DNA of 64,000 nucleotides from Octopus sinensis. Its lineage: Eukaryota. The stretch spans positions 78,058,001 through 78,122,000 of the forward strand of contig NC_042998.1 in NCBI RefSeq assembly GCF_006345805.1. The letters run 5' to 3'. This document shows, in pieces, positions 52,620 to 64,000 of this stretch; within the stretch, counting starts at the first letter, position 1, and each line of letters opens with the position of its first letter. A program made the position numbers and the translations under genes. Under the pieces are notes generated by a model, which made no database searches, was not told the origin of the DNA, and worked only from the letters and a program-made list of their open reading frames with translations.

Positions 52620-54300
52620 AAATATAATAAAACTAGTTGTAGAGTTATTGAAGTTTTCAAGATAGTTGCTTAATCAGGAAAGAGTGGTGTCCTCCAGTTC
52701 GGCAAAAGAAACTTAACTGTAATTCTCCAACCAGCCAGGACAAACAATATACTTGATCTCTGCTTCACAAACAATATATGAATATAGTGTAAAACTGACG
52801 CCGACAATAATCTGGGATCACAATTTAATAGAGCTGACTATACATTAGTCAAAGGAATCCGTCGATTTGCAGCGTATAAGAAGCGCTCAAAAGCTATCCA
52901 ATCTGAACTTCCATAAAGCAGACTAGAAATCAATTGAGAAAGAGATCATCAAACAGAATTGGTCTAATATCTCTCTACACTCGACACTGACAAGAAAATC
53001 AATAAATTCATGTCTGTAATGCAAGTATATGCTACAAGACTGACCCATAAAGAAAGGCCACTACACATAAGAGCAAGATTCCCAGTGAGAAAAAGTTCTT
53101 TTGAGACGGCCTACAAAGGTCGCAAACTGCATCAATAAAGAACTCAATATCTGTAAAGAAATCCCGATTAGAAACAACACTGCTGGAGATCGAGAAATAT
53201 CTGAAATGATGCCATGAGAAAGAAAGAGCAAAGAAGCCTGGGTTATAAAAAATATAAAATCAAACTCTAAAGCCTTCTTTAAGTATACCAAAGAAACTGC
53301 CACCGTGTGTTGCAAAGTAGGGCCACTTCCCTCAAAAAGATGGTGCCGAGTGAAACACTGAATGAACAATTCAAAAATGTTTTCACTCCACTCTTACGTC
53401 ACATGCAAGTCTTACTCCACTCTTAGTCACATGCAAGTCTTACTCCACTCTTACGTCACATGCAAGAAATCTATAGATTTCTTTATCACTACCGATGTAA
53501 AAAGGATGACAGTAACAATTCATTACATCAGCATCAAAGAATATGTAATGCTGGTTGGTGCAAACTCATCTGCTCACCATGGATTCCCAACAATTCTCAA
53601 ATCATGCAAACGGGCCCTTGCAAAACTATTGCAGCTTCTTTTCCAGAGCTCCCTTGCAAGTTGTAAGCTCCCAGGAAAACTGAAAAAGGGAATATTCCCT
53701 ATTCATAAAGGAAAATACAGCACAGATGCTAAAAGTTATAGTCCTATCTGTCTGACTTTATACATCAGCAAAGTCATAGAACAAATAGTCCGAAGGAAAA
53801 CTAATTACATTCCTTGAAGAAAATGACTTGCTGGCTGACACCCAGCCCAGTTTTAACTAGATAAAAGCTGCCTGGTACTGCTCTTATATCACTACGACCG
53901 AGGGTTAAAGCAGCTGCTCAACAACTCAAATGTGGGCGTGATATATCTGGACTTTGCAAAAGCATTTGATAAGGTCGAGCCTGGTGTGATATGGTATAAG
54001 CTGCGAAGCAAAATTTAAGTTAGTTAAAACATGTTTCTGACATATTTCAATTGCTAAAAGGCAAATACACTGCAGTTACCGTGGAGAAAATACCTCTCTT
54101 ATGGTAAAAAGGTGTGAAAACAACCAAGTTGTTCAGTGTCGCCATCTATCAGGAATCACAGGCATCGATGACTCGAGTTTATTGTCTCTAGTCAATGGGA
54201 TGTACCTAAGAGAGGCAACACTGAACAAACTTATAAAGCAATGACATTGTGTGAAATTTCCACAGAGTATTCGAAAATTAATAACAATGATAATAATAAC

Positions 54301-54374
<74 letters not shown>

Positions 54375-54609
54375 CAATAATAATAATAGAAAGAAATCCA
54401 AAAGATTGTGCTAACAAGTACTGCCCACATCCTTAGAAAAACCCTATCAATGTAAATGTTTGTGTTTGTATTACATGGAGATATTTCTCTACTTCCCCTC
54501 CCCAAGCTTTCGGCTATATTTCAACAATTCTTAACCTTCACTTGCCCTGGGGCGCTGGGTGTGCCCCGGCAAGTGATTGCATCAAACATGCAGATTAAAA
54601 GTAAATGAC

Positions 54610-54669
<60 letters not shown>

Positions 54670-55165
54670 GATAATAATAATAATAATAGCTTTCCACCTT
54701 TGTTACTGGTTGGCATCACCTGTGCTGGTGCCTTGTAAAAAGCTCTGAGTTCACTCTGTGGAGCTGATGGTGTTAGGAAGGGCATCCAGCTATAAAGATC
54801 ATGCCAAAACTGACACAATAGCTTGGGGTAGGCTCCTACCTGGCTGGCCCCTGTCAAACAATCCAACTCAATTTACAGATGGGCTGAAGATAATAATATG
54901 CAGTTTATTGCAGGAAATTTCCAAGCTCCACGCTACCAGGTCCCAAAACTGAACGTAAAACTTACAGGTTAAACCAACTCAGAGAGGGATTACATTCCCA
55001 GAACCTATATCAGTGCGGGACTAGGGTATCGACATGACTGATGATACCTCTTTCCAAGTGCACATTACCAAGATGGTGACCAAGTGCAGACGGCTGGTTG
55101 GTTGAATCCTGAGAACGTTAAGAACTAGAGAGAAAGAAACCATGATGGTCCCCTAGAAGACATGT
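52620..55165 (+). mobile_element. Decayed CR1-type LINE ORF2 (52620-54010 and 54900-55165) with an internal 29-bp triple tandem at 53385-53468
   Basis: NILDLCFTN, IKSNSKAFFKY, PIHKG..YSPICLT..SKVIEQIV, IYLDFAKAFDKV; later segment GW-ILRT..KETM-like. Confidence 0.82.
54700..54885 (+). mobile_element. Group 3 (RTE-related) SINE fragment
   Basis: ggtgttaggaagggcatccagctataaa is shared with 60417-60592. Confidence 0.65.
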
Positions 55166-55198
55166 ATATATGTCAGTATATATATATATATATATATA

Positions 55199-55426
55199 TT
55201 TCTTTACTACCCACAAGGGGCTAAACACAGAGGACAAACAAGGACAGACAAATGGATTAAGTCGATTATATCGACCCCAGTGTGTAACTGGTACTTATTT
55301 AATCGACCCAGAAAGGATGAAAGGCAAAGTCGACCTCGGCGGAATTTGAACTCAGAGCGTAACGGCGGACGAAATACGGCTACGCATTTCGCCCGGCATG
55401 CTAACGATTCTGCCAGCTCGCCGCCA
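55199..55426 (-). mobile_element. Full-length group 2 SINE with Tx1-type tail in (TA)n
   Basis: Highly similar to 24078-24310. Confidence 0.93.
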
Positions 55427-55502
55427 TATATATATATGTGTGTGTATATATGTATGTATTGCATAAATTAGCCCTCTGAACTTCTTAGACTATCTTCTAA
55501 AC

Positions 55503-55630
55503 TTTCTGACGAAGCCTAGAGGCACACCCAAGTACCCATTATTTTTTTCTACAGATAACTACAGCGCACTGAAAAGATGGAAATAGCATGTGAGGTACTG
55601 TGGTCTCTTGGGAGAAACAGTTGTAAGAAA
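55503..55630 (+). ncRNA. Hammerhead-like motif with about 100-nt stem II region, weak stem I
   Basis: CTGACGA 55506-55512 ... GAAAC-agtt-GTA 55614-55625; stem II base cctagaggcac / gtggtctcttgg. Confidence 0.5.
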
Positions 55631-56006
55631 CTGCTCTTCTTTCTCTATTCTAGAAATTACTGGTACTTTACACATGTATATGTTATCAGAACTGTTTTAA
55701 ATAAATAAATGGACATAATATAATGTCTAACAGGTGATGAATACTACCTCTGGATTCCCTCCATTTTCTTCTTGCCATATATATATATATATATATACGA
55801 GCAAAACGCTCTCCCGTCCAATGGACGGTGCTGAGTTGTTAAACATTTAAACCAAATTTTATCAAAACAACTTGTCGAAAGGGGAGACATGCCTTTCCAG
55901 ACTGGTTGCGATTGTTAGTCGTTTATCAAATTATGTTAAATGAACTTCGTTTCCTCTCTCCACACACATACACACATATATTCATAGATGAATACACACA
56001 TACATG

Positions 56007-56088
<82 letters not shown>

Positions 56089-59075
56089 TGATCGCATATT
56101 GCAACTTTGAATTTTTTTCTACTTATTTCTGAATGTTCGTATGAAGTATTTAGCGCAACTTTCATTGAATTTAAGTGAATATTTTGAACAGACTTATATC
56201 AGATAATGTAATGATAGAGATGATACGTTTAGTCGTGATCACAGTGGCGATGAGAGTGGCTCTGCTCGTGTTGCTAAAGGTAGTGGTGATGGTAATGGTT
56301 TTGGTTTGTTCTTCGTTATAATGATGGAAGAAAGTTAGAAAGGTAAAAGACCTGTGAAAAAAAAATAACTACAAAAATGACAAACTTCTTGTTTTTTTTA
56401 TATATATTTACTTTGAAAAGTTTAATCAAAGTTTTGTATTGGTGATAATTTGGTAAAGAAAGAAAAAATATAAAAACAACCAAACATAGAAGAGAAAAAT
56501 GTTTACTTGAAGTTAGGGTACAAACAACAAAAATAAGTTACTTTTTCTTAGTTGGTTCAGGTCATTTTGAAGCTCTACGCCATTTTGACTGCATTATCGC
56601 GTGCTTTAATCTCTCCGCCATCTTCTTTCAGAACTAATGTTTTAAAGAAGGCACAAGGAACTGTTTTGAAGAATTTAAATATTATCTCGGAACTAGCATT
56701 TACTACGCACTCAAGTTGCCTTATCTAATGGAAAAAAATGAAACTATTACCTGCTATATTTCCGACGTTTTATTTTTATTTCTTCATCTAGAAATAAGTC
56801 TTTCTCCTTTCTTTGTTTTGATATATGTTTTTGTTTTAATATATTTTTTTTAACTCTCGAATTAAGTCTATATTTATTCACGTTTATTTTTCTATGCTTT
56901 CATTGAAATTTGCCCACATCTAAAATTATTCACAAAATGAATTCTTATTAACTCAATTAAACTCAATTATTGCGGTCTTATTTAAATAATAATACACGTA
57001 AACAAGGCATACGTTTTTCCCCTGTTTTACCTTCCTGATGGATTCACGTAAAAGAAATCCGTCTTCAGTTAGCATGTTGTTATGATGAAAATCTGTAACG
57101 GAGCAATTTTACCGAGTCTAAGTAAGCTTGGCTTATTTTGAATATACTACGTGGACAATAGGGCAAGGTATTTGAAAAACGGTAGTCCATTGCCATGTTA
57201 AATGCTGATTACCTTCCATGTCAAAATTTTCCTTGGCTCATGAAAATGCATTTTTTTTGTTTGTTCATATGGAGAACAGGGAGTTCTCGTGTGGTTATTT
57301 ATTAGGAGTAAACGCTTAATTATAAATCACATGTTCATATCCGACAAAGGCACTGTAGATCCAATATACTTGAAGTTTAACGACAGGGTCCACATAACTT
57401 CAATCAAATATATACAACTGTTGAGGGTACAGATTTGTATGACAGAATAAGACTGGACTGTGATACGATAACTTACAGTATGGTTGTTCGGAAATGATGA
57501 TAGTACTCAACGTTAGATAATGATGAATACCGGGATGGGAAATTCAGAACAATTGATATTTATAGCTGCAAAATTATCTATATTACATTCGACGACGACA
57601 CCTTTTCTCTGAACTGATGCATCGTTCCATATCCTGTGGTATTTAGTAGCTGAGTAAGATACCTTCGCCTGGATGGGACGGCAGTCTATCGGAAGTAAAT
57701 CATTACTGTAATTTAACAAATAACAATATCGATTGTTCAGCACACAATGAATCATATAACCCTGCAATGTTTACGTATGATACGTTACCGAGCCATTTAA
57801 GAATTAGAAACCTTAGCAAAGGACACATCGCAGTTTCATTTTCATTTTAATGCATAAATATTTAAACGATAGAGTGAAATAATTGAAACGTTTTACTTAT
57901 CTTATAAAGGTGTAAGATAAATAATCTTAATCAAGTGTGAGTTATAATAACGATGGTTATTATAAAACTATTGACTATGAGACTATAGTTTATTTTCACG
58001 TATCCACAATAAAGTTCTAAATTATCAATATCATAAATATCACTGATCAGTTTTCCATTTCTAAAACTGAATATAATGAACCTGTAAATGCAGTTATTTC
58101 AGAATGTTTCTTTGTGATGCAAACGTTATGGAACAAATTTAATTAATAAAACTTTATGTAATAGCTCCATCACTTCATATTATGGAAACACACACATAAC
58201 AAGAAAGCATAAACATTTGAAATTGCATTATAAGTATATAAATAAATGGGTTGAAAGAATAAATGAAATGATATACAGGAGCTAGGTACCTAATTAAATA
58301 CAAATTATCTACGAAGCACATGAAATGTATTTAGATCTTGATGTGTTTATATGAGTAAAATATTTATAGTTTTTAATTTGAGAGAAGCAAATGGAAAGCG
58401 TTCTGGTGTGTAATTAGTAAAGAGGTGACCTGGCAATTAATAGGTGCGTACTTTGAATGAAATTGATTATATATGAATGTTCATATTCTTGGGATTAAAA
58501 TCTCTTATTCTTAGGATTAAGCATTTAATTTAAATAAGATGTGTTGCTGTGTTATCCCATACTTAAATGCCTATCTAATGAAGCTGAGTGCCTGAGGAAT
58601 TATCAGCAAAACACGTAAGATCAATTTGTGGTAAGGTTTTAGTTAACTGAAGCAAGACATTTATAATGATTAACCCTTTGTTTATTGTTTGTAACACTTG
58701 TGATAGACGGGTCTTATTTCTCTGGCGTTCATTTATCATATATGATATACATTCCCAATTTTTATTTCAACAGAATGAATTGGAAGTTATAGGATTAATT
58801 TACTTAGAACGTACGAAATACGAGCTAGAATTCTGAGCACAAACATGGACATTTAGGACAAATATATGAAGATGCTTTGGACAAACAAAATATTAATTTG
58901 TGAGTGAATGGTGGTCAAATTTCCATACGTATAATCAGTAACGCCGTCACTCGGCAAACAAAAGGCCACAATGGCACAGGATCCAAGTCATGTCAGATAG
59001 ATTATCTTTTCTACTTTGCTCTAAATTAGTATTTATGATTTACTTCTTATCGTATGTGTGTGTAGCTTCATTTTA

Positions 59076-60353
59076 TATGGGGCGTTCAATAAGTAATGCC
59101 TCTGACCCACTTGCAATTGTTTGATCTAGCTGAAAATTTACATGTGCAATTATTTATATCTGTATAGATTAAGTGGCAAATTACAGCTCTGAACTAATTG
59201 TGGTTTCTGATATACAGGTGTTGGAACTGAGTCAAGTGTGAAATGGAGCCTGTTGAGTGTCGAGCAGTGATCTGGTTTTTTATTTGAAAGGACGCACACC
59301 ACGGGAGACTTTTGATGAAATGAAAGTAACTTATGGTGATGATGCCCCATCATATGACCTTGCAAAACGCTGGCATCATGAATTCAAACATGGTTGGAAC
59401 TCTGTGGAAACAGCTCTCAGATCTGGTCGCCCCCCTTCTGCCATTGATGAGGCATCTGTCCGTCATGTTGAGGCTGCCATTTTGGAAGAACGACGCATAA
59501 CTATTCGCCAAATAGCCAATGAGGTCAAGTTTAGTACCGGGTCTGTGGAAACTATCATTCATGACCATTTGCATATGCAAAAGGTGTCTGCCAGATGGAT
59601 TCCCAGGTTGCTCACACCTTTCCAGAAGCAAGAACGCGTCGAGTGCTCGAGGATGAATTTGGAGATGTGCCAAGAAGATGAGTCAAAATTTTTCAAAAGA
59701 CTGATTACACAGGATGAAACATGGGTCCATCACTATGATCCAGAGACCAAAGCCCAGTCAATGCAGTGGAAGCACCGTGACTCACCTCCTCCAAAGAAGG
59801 CATGGGTGCAGCCCTCCGCTGGCAAGGTCATGCTCACAGTCTTCTGGGACCAGGACGGACTAGTGATGACAGATTTCCTGGCAAAGGGTACCACAATTAC
59901 AGGAGCCTATTATGCTTCACTTTTGAGGAAATTAAGAGAAGCTATCAAAATCAAGAGGCGGAGCAAGATCAGCAAATGCATCCTCCTCCTGCAGGACAAC
60001 GCTCCGGTCTACAACTCGCGTGTCGCCAGATCAGAAGCACAGGCGTGCGGCTATTAACTCCTCCCCCATCCCCCTAACCTCCTGACCTTGCACCCTCTGA
60101 TTTTCACCTCTTCCCAGCCTTGAAGTTGTTTTTGAAAGGAAAGCATTTCCAAGATGATGCAGCCTTGATTTCTGAAGTCACATCGTGGTTGGAGGACCAA
60201 GCTGGGGTCTTCTACAAAAACGGTCTCCAGATTTGCATCAAACGATGGGAGAAATGTGTAACTCTGATTGGTTCCTTTGTAGAAAAAGACCAAGTTTCGT
60301 TGCTCTACTGCAATGGGAAGTGGGTCAGGGGCATTACTTATTGAACGCCCCTC

Positions 60354-60354
<1 letters not shown>
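59076..60354 (+). mobile_element. Full-length mariner (DD34D type)
   Basis: About 35-bp TIRs ggggcgttcaataagtaatgcc(t/c)ctgacccactt, TA flanks, 1.28 kb. Confidence 0.96.
59243..60290 (+). pseudogene. Mariner transposase with a few lesions
   Basis: MEPVECRAVI, frameshift near 59280, WIPRLL, TQDETWVHHY, QDNAP, stop at 60055, PDLAPSDFHLF, RWEKCV. Confidence 0.93.
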
Positions 60355-60410
<56 letters not shown>

Positions 60411-60416
60411 ATATTC

Positions 60417-60588
60417 ATCTCATCATCGTTTAACGTCCGCTTTCCATGCTAGCATGGGTTGGACGGTTCGACCGGGGTCTGGGAAGTCAGGAGGCTGCAC
60501 CAGGCCTAGTCTGATCTGGCAGTGTTTCTACAGCTGGATGCCCTTCATAACGCCAACCACTCCGTGAGTGTAGTGGGTGCTTTTTACG

Positions 60589-60592
<4 letters not shown>
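60417..60592 (-). mobile_element. Group 3 (RTE-related) SINE fragment with (GAT)n tail
   Basis: catcatcgtttaacgtccgc...ctggatgcccttc. Confidence 0.8.
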
Positions 60593-60624
<32 letters not shown>

Positions 60625-60653
60625 TTTTACTCTTTTATATATATATATATATA

Positions 60654-61428
60654 TCTTCTATATATAAAACTGAAATGCGTTTTTACCGCTTGGATCGCTT
60701 TCAATGCCACTACATCCCGTCAGATTCGCTCCAAAATTTACAGAGACATGTAGAATGAGGTGACGATGCTCGTGGGCTACCTTAGAAATCCCTATCTTAA
60801 AAGGTGTGGTTGCTAGGGGCCATCTTCCTCACTCACGCTATTTCTTACAATACCCTCTCACTCCTCTTCATATATAACTGTGACAAGACCACTACCGTTA
60901 TTTAAAGTATCTGTCACTCTCGCTATTTCCTCTCTTTTTCCCTGACTATGTTTCCTACCTTCCCATCACTTCGGCGGCGTTCTTTTAAGTATCTGTCTGT
61001 CACCAACAACACACGAGCATGAGAACAAATATTATGAATCAGATATTCTTGCGTTCATTTATATGTGTGTGTGTGTTCTATATATAAATATGTATATATA
61101 ATGTATGTGTGTGTGTGTGTGTTCTATATATAAATATGTATATATACAAAGTGTATATATCTGTATTTATGTATATTAAACTTTTTCATACTTGTTCATA
61201 GTTATATATATTTTTAAACAAATTATAAATATAATTTAATAATTTTTATTTTCAATTTAAATAATTTAAATTTTTCAATTTTATATTTTATATATTTTCT
61301 ATATTATATTTTTTTTTATGATTTTGTTTTTGGTTTTTCACTTTTTGATTTGCCTATTAGTGGTTTTATCTCTAATTTAATTTATACAGATATACATCTC
61401 ATTTGTATACATTTGTATATATAATGCG

Positions 61429-61511
<83 letters not shown>

Positions 61512-62453
61512 GTGTGCATTACGTAGTCGGTCGATTCAGCTGAAAATATGCACACCTATGTTAAAAGTGCTGGCAAGTTTGCATAACAACTATCTTTTTC
61601 CTCAAATGAAAGACGTCACCTCAAGGACAAAATTCCTCATCTTATAAAATGTGGCCCCAGTAGATCCGAATGAAATCGTGTTATATTAAACAAAATGTGA
61701 AAAGGGGTCTAAATGGGGCTGGAAGGGGATTAAAATTTCAAGGAGTGGGTGTTTAGGAATTCTCCGTTACATCAAGCTAAACTGTCAATATGTTGTTGTC
61801 CGTCGTTAAGAAATGCCAGCCATGGTGACTCTACTATCCTCAGATTCTATACCTTCAAACTTTGGTTTCCAATATTTTATTATTTTTATTCAGCTCGCAA
61901 GTTCGTCTGTCCCTTTTAAATGTTAGCGTTTTGCTGTCTGCTTTGAAGCAGACCTTTCCGTTGCCACTGCCTGATATTTATGATTGATCTTTCTAAATGT
62001 TTTATTTCTCAACTTACTCAAGATCTTCTGTTGTTTATAAATGGGAGAGAGATAGATAAAGATAGAGAGCAAGAGAAAGCGAGGGAGAGTCCGAGAGAAA
62101 AGAAAAGTAAGAGAGTGGGAAAGTGAGAGAGAAAGGAGAGAGAAACAAAAACGGAGAATCATCATCATCATCATCGTTTAACGTAGCGTTTTCCGTGCTA
62201 GCACGGGTTGGGCAGTGTGACCGGGGTCTGGGAAGCCAGGAGGCAGTGTTTCTACAGGTGGATGACCTTCCTAACGACAACCACTCTGTGAGAGTAGTGG
62301 GTCCTTTTTTCGTGCCGCCGGCTCATGTGCCAGTGGGGCTCGCAGCGGCAACGATCGGTTGGTGCTTTTTACGTGCCACCGGCACAGAAGCAAGTCAAGG
62401 CGGCGCTATAACCACACTCTTACCCGCGCGTAGAGCGGGTCACCTTCAGCTAG
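60654..62453 (+). mobile_element. Non-autonomous Helitron
   Basis: A|TC 5' end with ctatatataaaa; 3' hairpin acccgc-gcgtaga-gcgggt, then CTAG|T at 62450-62454; no TSD. Confidence 0.8.
62159..62410 (-). mobile_element. Group 3 SINE inside the Helitron
   Basis: (CAT)n-cgtttaacgt start, colinear with 60417-60592. Confidence 0.78.
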
Positions 62454-62703
62454 TATATATACACACACACACATATAGAACACACACACATATAAATGAA
62501 CGCAAGAATATCTGATTCATAATATTTGTTCTCATGTTCGTGTGTTGTTGGTGACAGACAGATACTTAAAAGAACGCCGCCGAAGTGATGGGAAGTGATG
62601 CCGGTGGCACGTAAAAAGCACCAACCGATCGTTGCCGCTGCGAGCCCCACTGGCACCTGCGCCGGCGGCACGAAAAAGGGTTCCACTACACTCATATATA
62701 TAT

Positions 62704-62731
<28 letters not shown>

Positions 62732-62737
<6 letters not shown>

Positions 62738-63105
62738 ATATTAATTCGAGACAAAACCACTATTTTGCAAAACAAACAAGGAAAGACTTAATCAATACAT
62801 AAAAATTTTTAATATAAAGAAATAAACCGCCACTACAATCGTTTCATGTCTTCAATGACATTCGTCAGGTGGATTTTCGATCTCCTAATCTATTTTAATT
62901 TATGAAACGATTGTAGTGGCGGTTTATTTCTTTATATTAAAAATTTCTATGTATTGATTAAGTCTTTCCTTGTTTGTTTTGCAAAATAGTGGTTTTGTCT
63001 CGAATTAATATTATATAATATTTTACTATAAAATTGGATTTAATCCTAAATCTGATTTTTTCCCTGTAAATTTGGATTTATTCCCTAATATTTATTATTA
63101 TTATT
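62732..63105. repeat. Fold-back element with about 116-bp inverted arms (62732-62847 / 62902-63017) in (TA)n
   Basis: Near-perfect reverse complement; right arm extended by about 90 bp. Confidence 0.92.
62830..62872 (-). ncRNA. Canonical minimal type I hammerhead ribozyme
   Basis: Minus strand ccac-CTGACGA-atgtc-attgaa-gacat-GAAAC-gatt-GTA-gtgg. Confidence 0.88.
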
Positions 63106-63128
63106 ATATATATATATATATTATATAT

Positions 63129-63163
<35 letters not shown>

Positions 63164-63168
63164 GCTTT

Positions 63169-63490
63169 TATGGTTTTATTAAAGCTGGAAAATAATAGCA
63201 AGACTGTTATTCAGAATTTCATGTTGCTCATGAACACCTGAGTGTTGGGATACGAGGTCAGCCAACTCAGAAAAATAAAGACCATTGTCACAGTGACAGA
63301 AAAATAGAGAAGAGATACAGCATGTCTATCGGGCGACAGCTGTGATAAATACTTTTTGCAGCACAACTGTCCGACGAAGGGGAACGTGAAACTGAGTATC
63401 AGTCTTGTTATAATTTTGCAGCTTTGATAAAAGCATATTACTCTACTTTTGTTATTCCATTACTATTTTTTCCATCTTGTTTTACACATA
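63169..63490. repeat. Older fold-back element (arms about 63169-63230 / 63380-63437) with a decayed U4C hammerhead at 63366-63403
   Basis: actgt-CCGACGA-aggggaacgt-GAAAC-tga-GTA-tcagt; diverged inverted copy on the left. Confidence 0.7.
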
Positions 63491-64000
63491 TGTGCCCATG
63501 TATGTGTTTATATATAATGAAGCAGTAAGTCATGTTACCACCACCTCCAACGATTATTGGTTAGAGATCTAAAGTTTATTATATTCCGGATAAAATTACT
63601 GCAAATTTCTTATCAGCTCGAGGTAGATGTTTTCTTTCTCACTAATTTTTAACATTATATTGACATCTGGTATGAAACTAATTTCAACTACTGAACATAG
63701 ATTCATGTGATTCCCCATTCTCTTTTACTACTTTAAGCCAGCAGGTCATATTACTAATGTCTACAAGTTAAAGTCATAAGCTTTATGGAGCTCAATATCA
63801 GTCAAAAATTCCCAGCAAAATTTACCACTGATTGTGTAATACTGATAGGGGATAAGTTTTCAAATCCTAAAAGTTTGAACAATATGACATTTAGATATGA
63901 AATAGATACATTCAAGCAGATTCATATTCGTACATATTTATTTATTTATTATTTATTTATTTATGTGAGGGATTAAAGACATAGACCTGGCTGAATGTTG

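Noticed and set aside
53385-53468. 29-bp triple repeat as a CRISPR-like array
   Set aside because: Contiguous tandem without spacers, inside a CR1 remnant in eukaryotic DNA.

Overview
AT-rich, microsatellite-dense eukaryotic DNA, most consistent with an octopus-like (coleoid cephalopod) genome; this assignment is inferred from repeat content. No host gene is confidently identifiable; the window is essentially a transposable-element ecosystem. It contains R4/Dong-like LINEs of at least three families inserted in (TAA)n, a full-length decayed Tx1/L1-clade LINE with a TSD inside a SINE, RTE, CR1, L1 and CRE-like fragments, Penelope-like elements (PLEs) of two clades, two mariners, a non-autonomous Helitron and three SINE groups. 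The most notable signals are: (1) about ten hammerhead-ribozyme-like motifs, including U3-A8 compensatory and U4C core variants, many in small fold-back elements with a recurrent asymmetric inverted-repeat architecture; (2) a Tx1 LINE and a SINE carrying its 3' tail inserted at the identical nucleotide of the SINE head, plus an ORF1-only derivative of that LINE group; (3) a 558-bp structured non-coding element with fixed ends associated with (TAA)n. Family assignments come from motif recognition by eye, not database searches, and boundaries of decayed elements are approximate.
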